Shown: in pieces, positions 29,282 to 38,933 of the stretch
Position numbering within the stretch: the stretch's first letter is position 1
Layout of the letters: each line of letters opens with the position of its first letter
Source of the DNA: Blastocatellia bacterium
GTDB taxonomy: Bacteria; Acidobacteriota; Blastocatellia; UBA7656
Direction: 5' to 3'
Assembly: GCA_963765495.1 (NCBI GenBank)
Contig: CAVXWP010000008.1
Span: 128,001-192,000 of the forward strand
DNA length: 64,000 bases
Notes under the pieces: generated by a model
What the model was told of the DNA's origin: nothing
Seen by the model: only the letters and a program-made list of their open reading frames with translations
Databases searched by the model: none
Translations under genes and position numbers: made by a program

Positions 29282-31331
29282 TCTTGCCTATCTGCACGAG
29301 ATTGTCGTAAAAAGTGGCTCCCCCGCTTATATCGGTTAGCGCCTGTGAGACCGTTTGATTGACGTTGCCTAGACCGGGGCTGAGCTTGTTCCACCATATG
29401 GAGAGCGCCACGGCGACACCCGGTTTCACGCGCTCCGATATTCGAGCCACAAGCAGGCACTCGCCTCTATCGTTCCACACCCGCGCCATATCACCATCCG
29501 ACAGATTGCGACTTGCCGCATCAGCCGGATTCAGTTCTATGAAAGGCTGGCGCTCGCTTCTCAGAAAAGTGGTCAGGTGCGAAAAAGAGGTGTTAAGAAA
29601 CGAATTCGCGGGCGGGCTTATTAATTGAATTGGGAAACGCGCTGCAAGCTTGGGCGCGCTTTCGGGCGATTCTCTCGGCGGTATGTAATCGGGTAAGGGG
29701 TCGAGCCCTGCCCATTCCATCGCCTCAGAATAAAACTCGCATTTGCCAGATGGAGTGCTGTAGCCGCCTTCGGCAAACGGCGCGAACGTCAAAGGAAGAT
29801 TGAGCCTTGCCCAGCCGTCGCGCTTCAAGCGTTCGAGCGTAATGCCTTCGAGCACAGGGCTCCCCGACCCAAGCGCCTGCCGAATGATGTCTTCATCCGT
29901 GTCCTTGAAGCAGCCTTCCTCAAATCCCATCCGATCAGCCAGCAACCTGAAGACCTCCGAGTTTGGTTTCGCTTCGCCAAGCGGCGCGATGGCCGGCTCG
30001 TTGTAAACCAGATAATAGTGGCCGTAGGGTTTCACAATATCGCGGTGTTCGAGTTGCGTAGTCGCGGGCAGCAATATGTCGGCATAATCTGCCGTGTCGG
30101 TCTGGAACTGCTCGTGGACCACCGTGAAAAGGTCTTCGCGCTTAAACCCTTCGATTACTTTTGATTGGTCGGGCGCGATTGCGGCCGGGTTTGAATTGTA
30201 TACATAGATTGCCCGAACCGGCGGGTCGAGCCGGGTGAGCGCCTCGCCCAGCCGCGACATGTTTACCGTGCGCGGATTGCCTCGGATCAGATCGGGCCTT
30301 TGAAGTTTTGCATCGTCAAAGGCGAACATCCCGCTGCTCGACAGCAGCACGCCTCCGCCCGCATCGCGCCACGCACCCGTGAGCGCAGGCAGGCAGGCGA
30401 TTGAGCGAACAGCCATGCCCCCGCCCGCGTGACGTTGCAGGCCGTAATTTACCCGTATCACGGCCGGGCGCGTATTCGCGTACTGGCGGGCAAACTCTAT
30501 GATCTCGCCTTCCCGCAGGCCGCAGATGGAAGCCGCGCGCGAGGGTGGGAACTCCGCCACACGCTCGCGCAGCTTATCAAACCCAATCGTATGTTGATCG
30601 ATATACTGACGGTCTTCGAGCCCTTCACTCAAGATCACATTCATAACGGCAAGGGCGAAAGCTGCATCCGTGCCGGGGCTGAGTTGTATCAACTGATGGC
30701 AGTGATCGAGCGTGTGATTGCGGTAAGGATCAATGCCGATCAGGCGAGCGCCGTTTTCCACGGCTTCCTTGATTTCTGGCCACAGATGAATGTTTGATGA
30801 AAGCGTATTCGTTCCCCACAACACGATCAACCGGGCGAGATGGAAGTTCTCCATGTCTGTTCCGATGGTCGCGCCTACGGTAAATCGCATCGCGTCTCCG
30901 CCTGTAGATGAACAGATCGTGCGAGCCAGCAAACTTGCGCCGAGACGGTGAAAGAAACGACGGTCCATGCTCGACCCGTTGACGGTTCCCATTGTTCCGC
31001 CATAGCTGAAAGGGAGGATAGATTCGGGGCCGTCTGCGGAATCGCTTGTCTCTTGAAATCGACGGGCGATAATCTCTAGAGCCTCGTCCCAGGTGATGCG
31101 CTCGAACCGGCCTTCGCCTTTCTTGCCTATGCGGCGCTGCGGGTAGAGCAGGCGGCCCTCGTTGTAAACCCGTTCGAGATAGCGCGTCACTTTCGTGCAG
31201 AGAAAACCTCGGGTAGTCGGATGATCGGGGTCGCCCGACACGCGAGTGGCGCGACCGTCTTCGACTTCGACAAGCATCGCGCAGGTGTCGGGGCAATCGT
31301 GCGGACAGGCGGCATGGATGATACTCTTCAT
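29271..31331 (-). CDS. Molybdopterin oxidoreductase (DMSO reductase superfamily, uncharacterised subgroup)
   Basis: CPHDCPDTC Fe-S motif; GFLCTK, NSNP and TDTADYADILLPA motifs. Confidence 0.88.
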   Translation of the reverse strand: MKSIIHAACPHDCPDTCAMLVEVEDGRATRVSGDPDHPTTRGFLCTKVTRYLERVYNEGRLLYPQRRIGKKGEGRFERITWDEALEIIARRFQETSDSADGPESILPFSYGGTMGTVNGSSMDRRFFHRLGASLLARTICSSTGGDAMRFTVGATIGTDMENFHLARLIVLWGTNTLSSNIHLWPEIKEAVENGARLIGIDPYRNHTLDHCHQLIQLSPGTDAAFALAVMNVILSEGLEDRQYIDQHTIGFDKLRERVAEFPPSRAASICGLREGEIIEFARQYANTRPAVIRVNYGLQRHAGGGMAVRSIACLPALTGAWRDAGGGVLLSSSGMFAFDDAKLQRPDLIRGNPRTVNMSRLGEALTRLDPPVRAIYVYNSNPAAIAPDQSKVIEGFKREDLFTVVHEQFQTDTADYADILLPATTQLEHRDIVKPYGHYYLVYNEPAIAPLGEAKPNSEVFRLLADRMGFEEGCFKDTDEDIIRQALGSGSPVLEGITLERLKRDGWARLNLPLTFAPFAEGGYSTPSGKCEFYSEAMEWAGLDPLPDYIPPRESPESAPKLAARFPIQLISPPANSFLNTSFSHLTTFLRSERQPFIELNPADAASRNLSDGDMARVWNDRGECLLVARISERVKPGVAVALSIWWNKLSPGLGNVNQTVSQALTDISGGATFYDNLVQIGKSDS

Positions 31332-31453
31332 AATTGTCCTCTACGCTTTAGAAGAATACATGTTTGCAAGCACGATTGAAACTACGGATCGGTTGTAAGG
31401 CCCAACCGGGCATAGTATTCTGATGAGCATTCCAGTCCGGGGAGAGATCGCGT

Positions 31454-32830
31454 ATGAAGTTGTGGGGCGGCAGATTTAAGGGGGAAGCCGATGCGGGGTT
31501 CGCTCGTTTCAATGCTTCTTTTGGTTTTGACCGGCGTTTGATCGAAGCCGACATCACGGGGAGTCTGGCTCACGCCGAAGCATTGGCCGCGGCCGGTATC
31601 CTCACCCGAGATGAGGCAAGGCAGATCGAAGCGGGGCTGACGGAGATTTTGAGGCGAGCGCAACAGGAGCCGGATTATCTTGATAGCCGCGATGCGGAAG
31701 ACGTGCACAGCTTTGTCGAGGCCGAGCTTGTTCAGGCTATAGGAGACGCAGGCTATAAACTCCACACGGGCCGCAGCCGCAACGATCAGGTGGCGACCGA
31801 CCTCAGACTCTTTCTGCGGGCCGCGCTCGATGATCTGTCGCATCTCATTCGTGAATTTCAGACCGCGCTCGTAGAGCTTGCCGAAGCAAACCGCGACGCG
31901 GTGCTTCCCGGCTACACTCATCTTCAGCGCGCGCAGCCTGTCTTGTTCGCACATTATCTGCTTGCGTATTTCGAAATGGCGAAGCGCGACCGTGCGAGAC
32001 TTGGAGAGATAAGAGCGCGTGTGAACATCCTGCCGCTTGGAGCCGGGGCGCTCGCGGGCACAGGGTTCCCACTCGACCGCGAGATGGTAGCGCGTAGGTT
32101 AGGCTTTGACGCCGTTTCCGCTAACAGTCTGGACGCCGTGAGCGACCGCGATTTCGTGATCGAACTGGTTGCTGCCGCCGCGCTCGTTATGGTTCACATC
32201 AGCCGCATGGCCGAAGACCTGATAATCTATTCTTCCTCGGAGTTCGCCTTTATAGAGCTATCGGATGCTGTTTCAACCGGGTCTTCATTGATGCCTCAGA
32301 AGAAGAACCCTGATTCGCTGGAACTGATTCGCGGCAAGGCGGGTCGCATATTCGGTCACAACGCGGCTTTGCTCGCTACGATGAAGGGGTTGCCGCTGGC
32401 CTACAACAAGGACATGCAGGAAGACAAGGAAGCATTATTTGACACGCTCGATACTCTTCAAGGTTCGCTTGGCGTGATGACTACCGTGTTGCGAAATATC
32501 AGAGTGAATGAAGAGCGAATGCGCGCAGCCGCTTTGAGCGGGTACTCGAACGCAACCGATCTTGCGGATTATCTTGTCAGATGCGGGCTCGAATTTCGAA
32601 TCGCTCACGAAGTCGTCGGCCGGGTTGTAGGCTACGCTATTGGGGAAGGCAGGTCTTTGAGTGAATTGAGGTTGGAAGAGTACAGGCGGTTTTCTGAGTT
32701 GTTTGATGACACTTTGTTTGAGGCGATAAGGCTGGAATCGTCGCTTGCGAGCAAATCGGTGACTGGCGGTACGTCGCCTGAGAGGGTGAGCGAGGCGCTC
32801 GTCAGGGCAAGGAATGAGTTGAGCCGTTGA
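31454..32830 (+). CDS. argH: Argininosuccinate lyase
   Basis: KLWGGRF, HTGRSRNDQ, PGYTHLQRAQP and GSSLMPQKKNP motifs. Confidence 0.97.
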   Translation: MKLWGGRFKGEADAGFARFNASFGFDRRLIEADITGSLAHAEALAAAGILTRDEARQIEAGLTEILRRAQQEPDYLDSRDAEDVHSFVEAELVQAIGDAGYKLHTGRSRNDQVATDLRLFLRAALDDLSHLIREFQTALVELAEANRDAVLPGYTHLQRAQPVLFAHYLLAYFEMAKRDRARLGEIRARVNILPLGAGALAGTGFPLDREMVARRLGFDAVSANSLDAVSDRDFVIELVAAAALVMVHISRMAEDLIIYSSSEFAFIELSDAVSTGSSLMPQKKNPDSLELIRGKAGRIFGHNAALLATMKGLPLAYNKDMQEDKEALFDTLDTLQGSLGVMTTVLRNIRVNEERMRAAALSGYSNATDLADYLVRCGLEFRIAHEVVGRVVGYAIGEGRSLSELRLEEYRRFSELFDDTLFEAIRLESSLASKSVTGGTSPERVSEALVRARNELSR

Positions 32831-32842
32831 TCCTATTAAAGA

Positions 32843-33398
32843 AATTTGAAATAGGCCGCGGATGCCGCGGATGCGGCGGATTTTCGCGGATCTGATCATG
32901 TCTTCAAAGACATGGTCATGAGCAGCTCAAACTCTTCTTGGCATTTGTAAAAACTCTGCGCCGGAATTCAGGCATTGGCCCAAAGTTGAGCAATAGACCA
33001 ATCTCAATTTCTGTTGCTTTCAAATAATTCACCAACTGAGCTTCGTGGGCCTCGCAAATCACATCGGCTACTTTTAACTCCAAAATCACTATGTCTGCAA
33101 CCACTATATCAGCATAGTATTCGCCCACGAGTTGTCCTTGATAGTGAACCTTTATAGGCTGCTGCTGTCTGGCGGGTAGTCCTAATTTCCGCAATTCCAG
33201 TGTCAGAGCATTCTCATAGACCTTTTCGAGAAATCCATATCCCAAGGAGTTGTATGTTCTAAAGAAAGCCTTGATAATCCGGTCTGTCAGGTCTCTTTGC
33301 ACAAGCATAAATCCCTCCTGAACGTCTACAAGTGACGCAGAGACGACTAATCCGCGAAAATCCGCCGCATCCGCGTCATCCGCGGCCTATTTCAAATT
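32843..33398. mobile_element. GxxExxY gene cassette bounded by 49-bp nonamer-periodic inverted repeats
   Basis: 32843-32891 versus the reverse complement of 33350-33398: 48/49 identical. Confidence 0.8.
32916..33308 (-). CDS. GxxExxY protein (PD-(D/E)XK nuclease superfamily)
   Basis: GFLEKVY, YADIVV...ILELK, QLVNYL and GLLLNFG motifs; 130 aa; GGAGG RBS. Confidence 0.93.
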   Translation of the reverse strand: MLVQRDLTDRIIKAFFRTYNSLGYGFLEKVYENALTLELRKLGLPARQQQPIKVHYQGQLVGEYYADIVVADIVILELKVADVICEAHEAQLVNYLKATEIEIGLLLNFGPMPEFRRRVFTNAKKSLSCS

Positions 33399-33428
33399 GC
33401 ACACCTGGGATTTAAGGAAAAAATGAAG

Positions 33429-33472
33429 TAGACGGAACGGGCCATCCTACAAAGGCCGACCCGTTCCGTCTA
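33429..33472 (-). terminator. Probable intrinsic terminator of the BNR-repeat gene
   Basis: 13-bp stem TAGACGGAACGGG / CCCGTTCCGTCTA followed by a T-rich run on the minus strand. Confidence 0.65.
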
Positions 33473-33474
33473 TC

Positions 33475-36400
33475 TTAGCGAGGCACCTCAATGGGTTTGC
33501 CCGCGAGCAGTGTCGGGACATTATTCTGTCTGAGCTTTTCATTCCATCCGGCGACCGTCTTGCTCAAAAAGTTGTTCACATCCGCAAGCGTTTTCTGTAA
33601 CTCGGTTTGAAGCGATGTGAAGTACTCTTTCTGAGCCGGCGTAGGCGCGGCGTTCGTGCTGTCTATTGTGAAAAACAGCGAACCAATTTTATCGACCAGA
33701 CGCGGCCCGCTCCCCAGATCGTCGTCGTCACTTTCGCCCGCCCGCGCCAGACGGTCAATCATGTCATTCACCTGCTTTTTGTAATCTGCAAACGCCTTCT
33801 TCAAATCCTCCGGCGCATCGGGCATCTGATCCTTGACGGTCTTTTCCCGCTGGCCGAGTTGCTCGCTTATACTGTCGAGTGCGTGCAAGGCGTCGTTTCC
33901 AGCTGACTGCATGTCGCGCAGCTTCATCGCGTAATCGAATGTTGATTCGAGCGCGGTTGTCTCTACCTGTACCGTGGGATCGAGGCGAACCTCCACGCGT
34001 TTTTCTACGGACTTATCCCCGACCATCAATTTTACGGTGTAGGTTCCCGGCAAGGCGCGGGCTCCTCGTGGCCCGCCGAAAAAGCTGTCCTGCTCCTCAC
34101 CGCTCGGCGGGCGGCGCTGGTGCGCGCCTTCATAGCTCAGGTTCCACGACGCGCGGTTCATTCCTTTCTCTTTCGAAACCTTCTCAATTTCGCGTATCAC
34201 CTTGCCTTTTTGGTCGAGAATCTGAATCTTCACTTTAGTCTTATCGTCGGGCTTCTCCTTCAAATAGTAAGTGATCAGCGCGCCGTAGGCCGGGTTCGGC
34301 CCCGTAAAGACCGCATCGGCTATGCCGTATCTCGTGAATCTTGTCGTATATCGCAGGGCCGGGCGTATGTCGAACATATATAAATCGCTGTTCAACACAT
34401 CGGCGCTCGCCTGCTGGATGGGGGTGGCATCATCGAGTATCCAGACGCTCCGCCCGTGCGTGGCCAGTATCAAATCGTTCTCTCGCGGATGAATGTATAT
34501 GTCGTGAACCGCTACCGTAGGCAGGTTCTTCAGATTGAGCGAAACCCACTCTTTGCCACCCGTATAGGAAGCAAAAAGGCCAAGCTCCGTACCCGCATAA
34601 ATCAGATTGGTGTTCTTCGGGTCTTCGCGCACTACCCAGACATATGCGCCTTCGGGCAGATTGCCCGATATGTCGGTCCAGTTCTTTCCGCTGTCGGTTG
34701 TCTTGTAGATGTAGGGCTTGAAGTCATCAAGCATGTGGCGGTCGAATGAAACGTATGCCGTGTCGGCGCTTGTGCGTGAAGGCTCTACGTGCGAGATCAA
34801 AGGCGCTGTGCCCAATCCCTTTACGTTGCGCACAAGATTGTTCCACGTCTGTCCCGCGTCGGTGGTCAGTTGCAGGTTGCCGTCATCGGTGCCCGCCCAG
34901 ATCATCCCCTTTTTCACGGGAGATTCGGCTATGCTGATTATCGTGTTGTTATATTCGGCGGCTGTGTTTTCAATTGAGACAGGTCCGCCCGCGTTCTTCT
35001 GCTTTTCGGGATCATTAGTAGTCAGGTCCCCGCTTATCTTCTGCCACGTCCTGCCGAAATCCGTAGACTTGAACAAGACATTTCCGCCCAGATAGACCGT
35101 GTTCTTATCGTGCGACGAGATGTGTATGGGCGCGTTCCAGTTAAAGCGGTATTTCGCATTGCTTGCCGGGCCTCCCCCGTCTTCGGCTGCCGGGGTGATG
35201 GATTGCTGCTCGCGGTTCTGCATATCGGTTAACACGATGCTGCCGCCCTGCGCTTCGGAAATGTAGAGGTCGGGATTGTCGGGATGGTTGTACATATAAA
35301 ACCCGTCGCCGAAACTCACCATCCGCCAGTCATCGTTTAATATCCCGGCAGGCTCGCGTGTGCGGCTGGGTCCGGTCCAGCTACCGTTGTCTTGCAGACC
35401 GCCCATTACATAATAAAAAGGCTGCCGGTTGTCGGCGTAGATCTGGTAGAACTGCCCAAGCGGCATGTTGTTCACATATTGCCAGGTCTCGCCCTTATTG
35501 TGAGAGACGGCTACGCCACCGTCCTGCCCCTGCCACATGTAATTCGGGTCCTTCGGATCAATCCAGAAGGCGTGATAATCAACGTGCGTGCGCGTAGACA
35601 TGGGCTTGAAAGTGTGCCCTCCGTCAATCGACAGATAGAGGGTTGAGGCTACGCCGTAGACCCGGTTCTCGTCTGTAGGGTCAACTCTCACCCGCGTGTA
35701 ATAAAACCCGCGCTGAACAATGCGCTGATCTTTTGACACCTGTTTGAATGTCTCGCCTTTGTCATCGGAACGGTAAAGCGATCCTTCCTTTGATTCGACT
35801 ATGGCATAAACGACATTCGGATTGCTGGGCGCGGCACGCACTCCGATGCGGCCAAGCAGTTTTGGCAACCCTTCGGTGATCTTCTTCCACGTGCGCCCGC
35901 CGTCGATGGATTTGTAGAGGCCGCCTTTTTCGCCGCCGCTTTCAAACGTCCAGGGCTTGCGCAAAAAATGCCACATCCCGGCGTAAAGTATATTCGGATT
36001 TTCCGGGTCCATAGCCAGATCGCTCACGCCGTGTTCCGGGTCGATATAGAGCGTCTTTTGCCAGGACTTGCCTCCGTCAGTGGTCATAAAGACCCCGCGC
36101 TCCGGGTTTGGGCCAAAGGCGTGGCCGAGCGCGCCGACATAGACCGTGTTCGGGTCGCGAGGGCTGACGATGATGGCAGAAATGCGTTCGGTCTCTTTCA
36201 ATCCCATGTGTTGCCAGGACTTGCCTCCGTCGTTTGATCTGTAGACGCCGTCGCCGAAAGAGACGCTATTTCGAACGTTCGTTTCACCCGTGCCTGCCCA
36301 GATCACATCCGAGTTGTTCGGGTCTACGGCGAGATCGCCTATCGAAATCGTCCCCTGTCGCTCAAAGATTGGGGTCCAACTCATGCCGCCGTTTGTGGTC

Positions 36401-36660
36401 TTCCATATCCCGCCCGAAGCCGTGCCTACGTAAACCAGATTGGGATTTCCGGCAACGCCTTCGACATCGGCGGTGCGACCGCCCATATTGGCCGGGCCTA
36501 TCGAGCGCCATTCGAGGTGTTCGAAGGCTTTGACATCGATGGCCCCGTTCTTTGAATCGTTTTCGGCGTGACGTTGTGCAAGGGAAGTGAGCGGCATGCT
36601 GTAGAGGAAAGCCGCTATTAGGACGACGTACCTTACCTGGCGCAATCGGTGAATACGCAT
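33475..36660 (-). CDS. Secreted BNR/Asp-box (sortilin/VPS10-like) glycosyl-hydrolase-like protein
   Basis: WRSIGP..GGR, many S/T-x-D-x-G-x-T-W repeats, GGLQDNG, and a helical C-terminus. Confidence 0.85.
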   Translation of the reverse strand: MRIHRLRQVRYVVLIAAFLYSMPLTSLAQRHAENDSKNGAIDVKAFEHLEWRSIGPANMGGRTADVEGVAGNPNLVYVGTASGGIWKTTNGGMSWTPIFERQGTISIGDLAVDPNNSDVIWAGTGETNVRNSVSFGDGVYRSNDGGKSWQHMGLKETERISAIIVSPRDPNTVYVGALGHAFGPNPERGVFMTTDGGKSWQKTLYIDPEHGVSDLAMDPENPNILYAGMWHFLRKPWTFESGGEKGGLYKSIDGGRTWKKITEGLPKLLGRIGVRAAPSNPNVVYAIVESKEGSLYRSDDKGETFKQVSKDQRIVQRGFYYTRVRVDPTDENRVYGVASTLYLSIDGGHTFKPMSTRTHVDYHAFWIDPKDPNYMWQGQDGGVAVSHNKGETWQYVNNMPLGQFYQIYADNRQPFYYVMGGLQDNGSWTGPSRTREPAGILNDDWRMVSFGDGFYMYNHPDNPDLYISEAQGGSIVLTDMQNREQQSITPAAEDGGGPASNAKYRFNWNAPIHISSHDKNTVYLGGNVLFKSTDFGRTWQKISGDLTTNDPEKQKNAGGPVSIENTAAEYNNTIISIAESPVKKGMIWAGTDDGNLQLTTDAGQTWNNLVRNVKGLGTAPLISHVEPSRTSADTAYVSFDRHMLDDFKPYIYKTTDSGKNWTDISGNLPEGAYVWVVREDPKNTNLIYAGTELGLFASYTGGKEWVSLNLKNLPTVAVHDIYIHPRENDLILATHGRSVWILDDATPIQQASADVLNSDLYMFDIRPALRYTTRFTRYGIADAVFTGPNPAYGALITYYLKEKPDDKTKVKIQILDQKGKVIREIEKVSKEKGMNRASWNLSYEGAHQRRPPSGEEQDSFFGGPRGARALPGTYTVKLMVGDKSVEKRVEVRLDPTVQVETTALESTFDYAMKLRDMQSAGNDALHALDSISEQLGQREKTVKDQMPDAPEDLKKAFADYKKQVNDMIDRLARAGESDDDDLGSGPRLVDKIGSLFFTIDSTNAAPTPAQKEYFTSLQTELQKTLADVNNFLSKTVAGWNEKLRQNNVPTLLAGKPIEVPR

Positions 36661-36784
36661 TGTCTACCTCCTGAAAGAGATTATCCGAATAAACAGCTTG
36701 CGTCGAAGGTGAAGAATAAACCACCACACAGCCCTCCGTCCAACAGGCCCGCGTCAGAAAAGGGAGGCGGTCAAATGAAGGTAA

Positions 36785-36885
36785 TGCGTGATGCGTGAAG
36801 AGTGAGAAAGAATTAGACCGGGTTGACAAGATTTAATGGATATTTAAAATCCTCATCTCTGGGAATCTTGTTAATCCTGTCAAAA
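36785..36885. repeat. Heptamer remnant plus GACAGGATT-class nonamer palindrome
   Basis: TGCGTGATGCGTGA; GACCGGGTTGACAAGATT ... AATCTTGTTAATCCTGTC. Confidence 0.7.
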
Positions 36886-36899
36886 AAGACTGCGACGTT

Positions 36900-37793
36900 T
36901 CAGGCATCCCCGGTGATCATCGTTCCCGCGCCTTCATTGGTGAAGACTTCATAAAGCAGCGCGTTTCGCTTCGAGCCGTTGATGATATGGGCGCTGCGGA
37001 CTCCTCTTCGAATCAGGCGGGCGATGGCAGCAATCTTGGGAAGCATCCCAGATGAGACAACCCGTTCCGCGACGAGGCGTTCGGCCTCTTCGACGGTCAG
37101 CCGGGAAATCCTGCTCGAAGGGTCATCGCGGTCGAGGAGGATGCCGTCTACATCGGTCATCATGATGAGCTTTTCAGCTTTGAGGTGAGCGGCTATTTCG
37201 GCGGCAATCGTGTCGGCGTTGATGTTATAAATATTGCCCTGCTCGTCTGCGCCAAGCGAAGAGATCACGGGGATATAAGCGTTTTCAATCAGCAGTTGAG
37301 GCAGGCGGGTGTTGATCTCGACTATGTCGCCGACGTGGCCGAAGTCCACGGTTTCGACCTCGCCCGTTTCTTGATTCAACACGTTTTGAATCTCGCGTCT
37401 GCGGGCCTGAATAATATTGCCGTCAACACCCGACAGCCCCACCGTTTCTGCCCCCGCCCCGCGAAGCGCCGAGAGTATATCCAGGTTGATCTGTCCGGCG
37501 AAGACCATCTTTGCTATTTCGAGAGTTTCCCGATCAGTCACGCGCCTGCCGTTTACAATGCGTTGAGCTACACCCAGCCGCTCGGCAACCGTTGTGAGTT
37601 GCTTGCCCCCGCCATGTATTACCGCTACGAGAATGCCTACCTGCTGACAGAGCGTAATCTCTTCGGCGAGCGAGGAGAGTTGATCCGGGTTTTCAGTGAT
37701 CTTGCCGCTCAGCTTCACGACAAAGATTTTCTTCTTGAATCGCTGAATGTAGGGCAGCGCCTCGCGCAGCAGGTCTAATCTTTCGCTGATCAT
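36900..37793 (-). CDS. argB: N-acylglutamate kinase
   Basis: EALPYI, VVKLSG, IHGGG, GRRVTD, NINAD and GMLPK motifs. Start placed at MISERL; the upstream extension is repeat read-through. Confidence 0.93.
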   Translation of the reverse strand: MISERLDLLREALPYIQRFKKKIFVVKLSGKITENPDQLSSLAEEITLCQQVGILVAVIHGGGKQLTTVAERLGVAQRIVNGRRVTDRETLEIAKMVFAGQINLDILSALRGAGAETVGLSGVDGNIIQARRREIQNVLNQETGEVETVDFGHVGDIVEINTRLPQLLIENAYIPVISSLGADEQGNIYNINADTIAAEIAAHLKAEKLIMMTDVDGILLDRDDPSSRISRLTVEEAERLVAERVVSSGMLPKIAAIARLIRRGVRSAHIINGSKRNALLYEVFTNEGAGTMITGDA

Positions 37794-37799
37794 AATTTT

Positions 37800-37886
37800 G
37801 TGATTAGTGATGCGTGAATCGTGATGCGTGATCGGTTGTCTCAATTCAAAGCGTCTCTCCGGTCACGAATCACGATTCACGCATCA
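37800..37886. repeat. Heptamer-periodic palindromic element
   Basis: GTGATGC/GTGAATC units opposite TCACGAA/TCACGAT/TCACGCA units; includes the argF' stop codon. Confidence 0.8.
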
Positions 37887-38894
37887 TCCCAGTATCGAGG
37901 CCAGCACGGCCTTTTGCACGTGCAGGCGGTTTTCGGCCTCGTCAATGCTCGCGTTGGTCGGCCCGTCGAGCACGCCGTCGGTCACTACTACGTTGCGGCG
38001 CACGGGCAAACAATGCATAAACCAGCCGTTACGGGTCGAACGCATCGCTTCTTCGTCTATCCGCCAGTGACGATACTTCTGGCGCAGGCTGATGTCCATA
38101 TCCGCGCGCCCGTAGAAATCCTTCCCGCCCCAGCTTTTTGCATAAACAATTTGAGCGCCTGTCACGGCTTCTGTGAAATCGCGCGAAATCTGTACACGCC
38201 CTCCGCTCGCATCAGCCGCAGTTTGGATCTCTGCCATCGCATCCGAGCCGAGATCATATTCGGGAGGGCAGGCGATTGTGAGATCGAGCCCGAACTGGGC
38301 CGCCACCAGCGCAAACGAATTAGGCACAGCCATAGGCAGAGGTTTTGGATGATATGCCCACGAAAGGACTACGGGTTGGCTGGCCAGGTCGCCAAGTTTT
38401 TCGCGTATGGTCATAATATCGGCCAGCGCCTGAAACGGATGATGACGCGATGATTCGAGATTAAAGACAGGCACATCGCTGTATCTGGCAAATCCTCGCA
38501 CTACCAGATCGGCCGATTCATGCTCGTAGTCGAGCATCTCTGGAAAGGCCCGGACGCCGATTGCCGCCACATAGCGCGAAAGCACCCTCGCGGCTTCCTT
38601 GATGTGCTCGGTTTTGTCCGCGTCCATCACTACGCCTTCGCGGTATTCCAGGCTCCACGAGCCCTTGCCTACGTCGAGCGTCACAGCGTTGCCGCCCAGA
38701 TCGTAAACGGCTATCTCCATCGACGCGCGCGTTCGCAGAGAAGGGTTGAAGAAGACGAGCGCCACACTGCGTCCGGCAAGCACTCGCTCGGCGTGCTCAC
38801 CGGCTTTGAACCTCGCGGCCAGGTCGATGAGCGAGGTCAACTCTCCGCGAGTGAAATCTGCCGTGCTGAGAAAATCTTTCTCTTTGATATTCAT
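37884..38894 (-). CDS. argF': N-acetyl/N-succinyl-ornithine carbamoyltransferase (ArgF')
   Basis: FFNPSLRT, MDADKTEH, WAYHPKPLP proline-rich loop, KSWG and HCLPVRRN motifs. Confidence 0.9.
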   Translation of the reverse strand: MNIKEKDFLSTADFTRGELTSLIDLAARFKAGEHAERVLAGRSVALVFFNPSLRTRASMEIAVYDLGGNAVTLDVGKGSWSLEYREGVVMDADKTEHIKEAARVLSRYVAAIGVRAFPEMLDYEHESADLVVRGFARYSDVPVFNLESSRHHPFQALADIMTIREKLGDLASQPVVLSWAYHPKPLPMAVPNSFALVAAQFGLDLTIACPPEYDLGSDAMAEIQTAADASGGRVQISRDFTEAVTGAQIVYAKSWGGKDFYGRADMDISLRQKYRHWRIDEEAMRSTRNGWFMHCLPVRRNVVVTDGVLDGPTNASIDEAENRLHVQKAVLASILG

Positions 38895-38933
38895 TGGCGT
38901 GAACGAATCTCCAATGTATCGACCTCTTATGAT

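Noticed and set aside
31360-31450. ARG box upstream of argH
   Set aside because: Only a weak match (GCATAGTATTCT); not supportable.
37794-37844. N-terminal extensions of ArgB and CoxM, and ORF 10108-10737
   Set aside because: They translate heptamer repeats (PITHHDSRITNH, RPPAPGPRP) rather than conserved protein.
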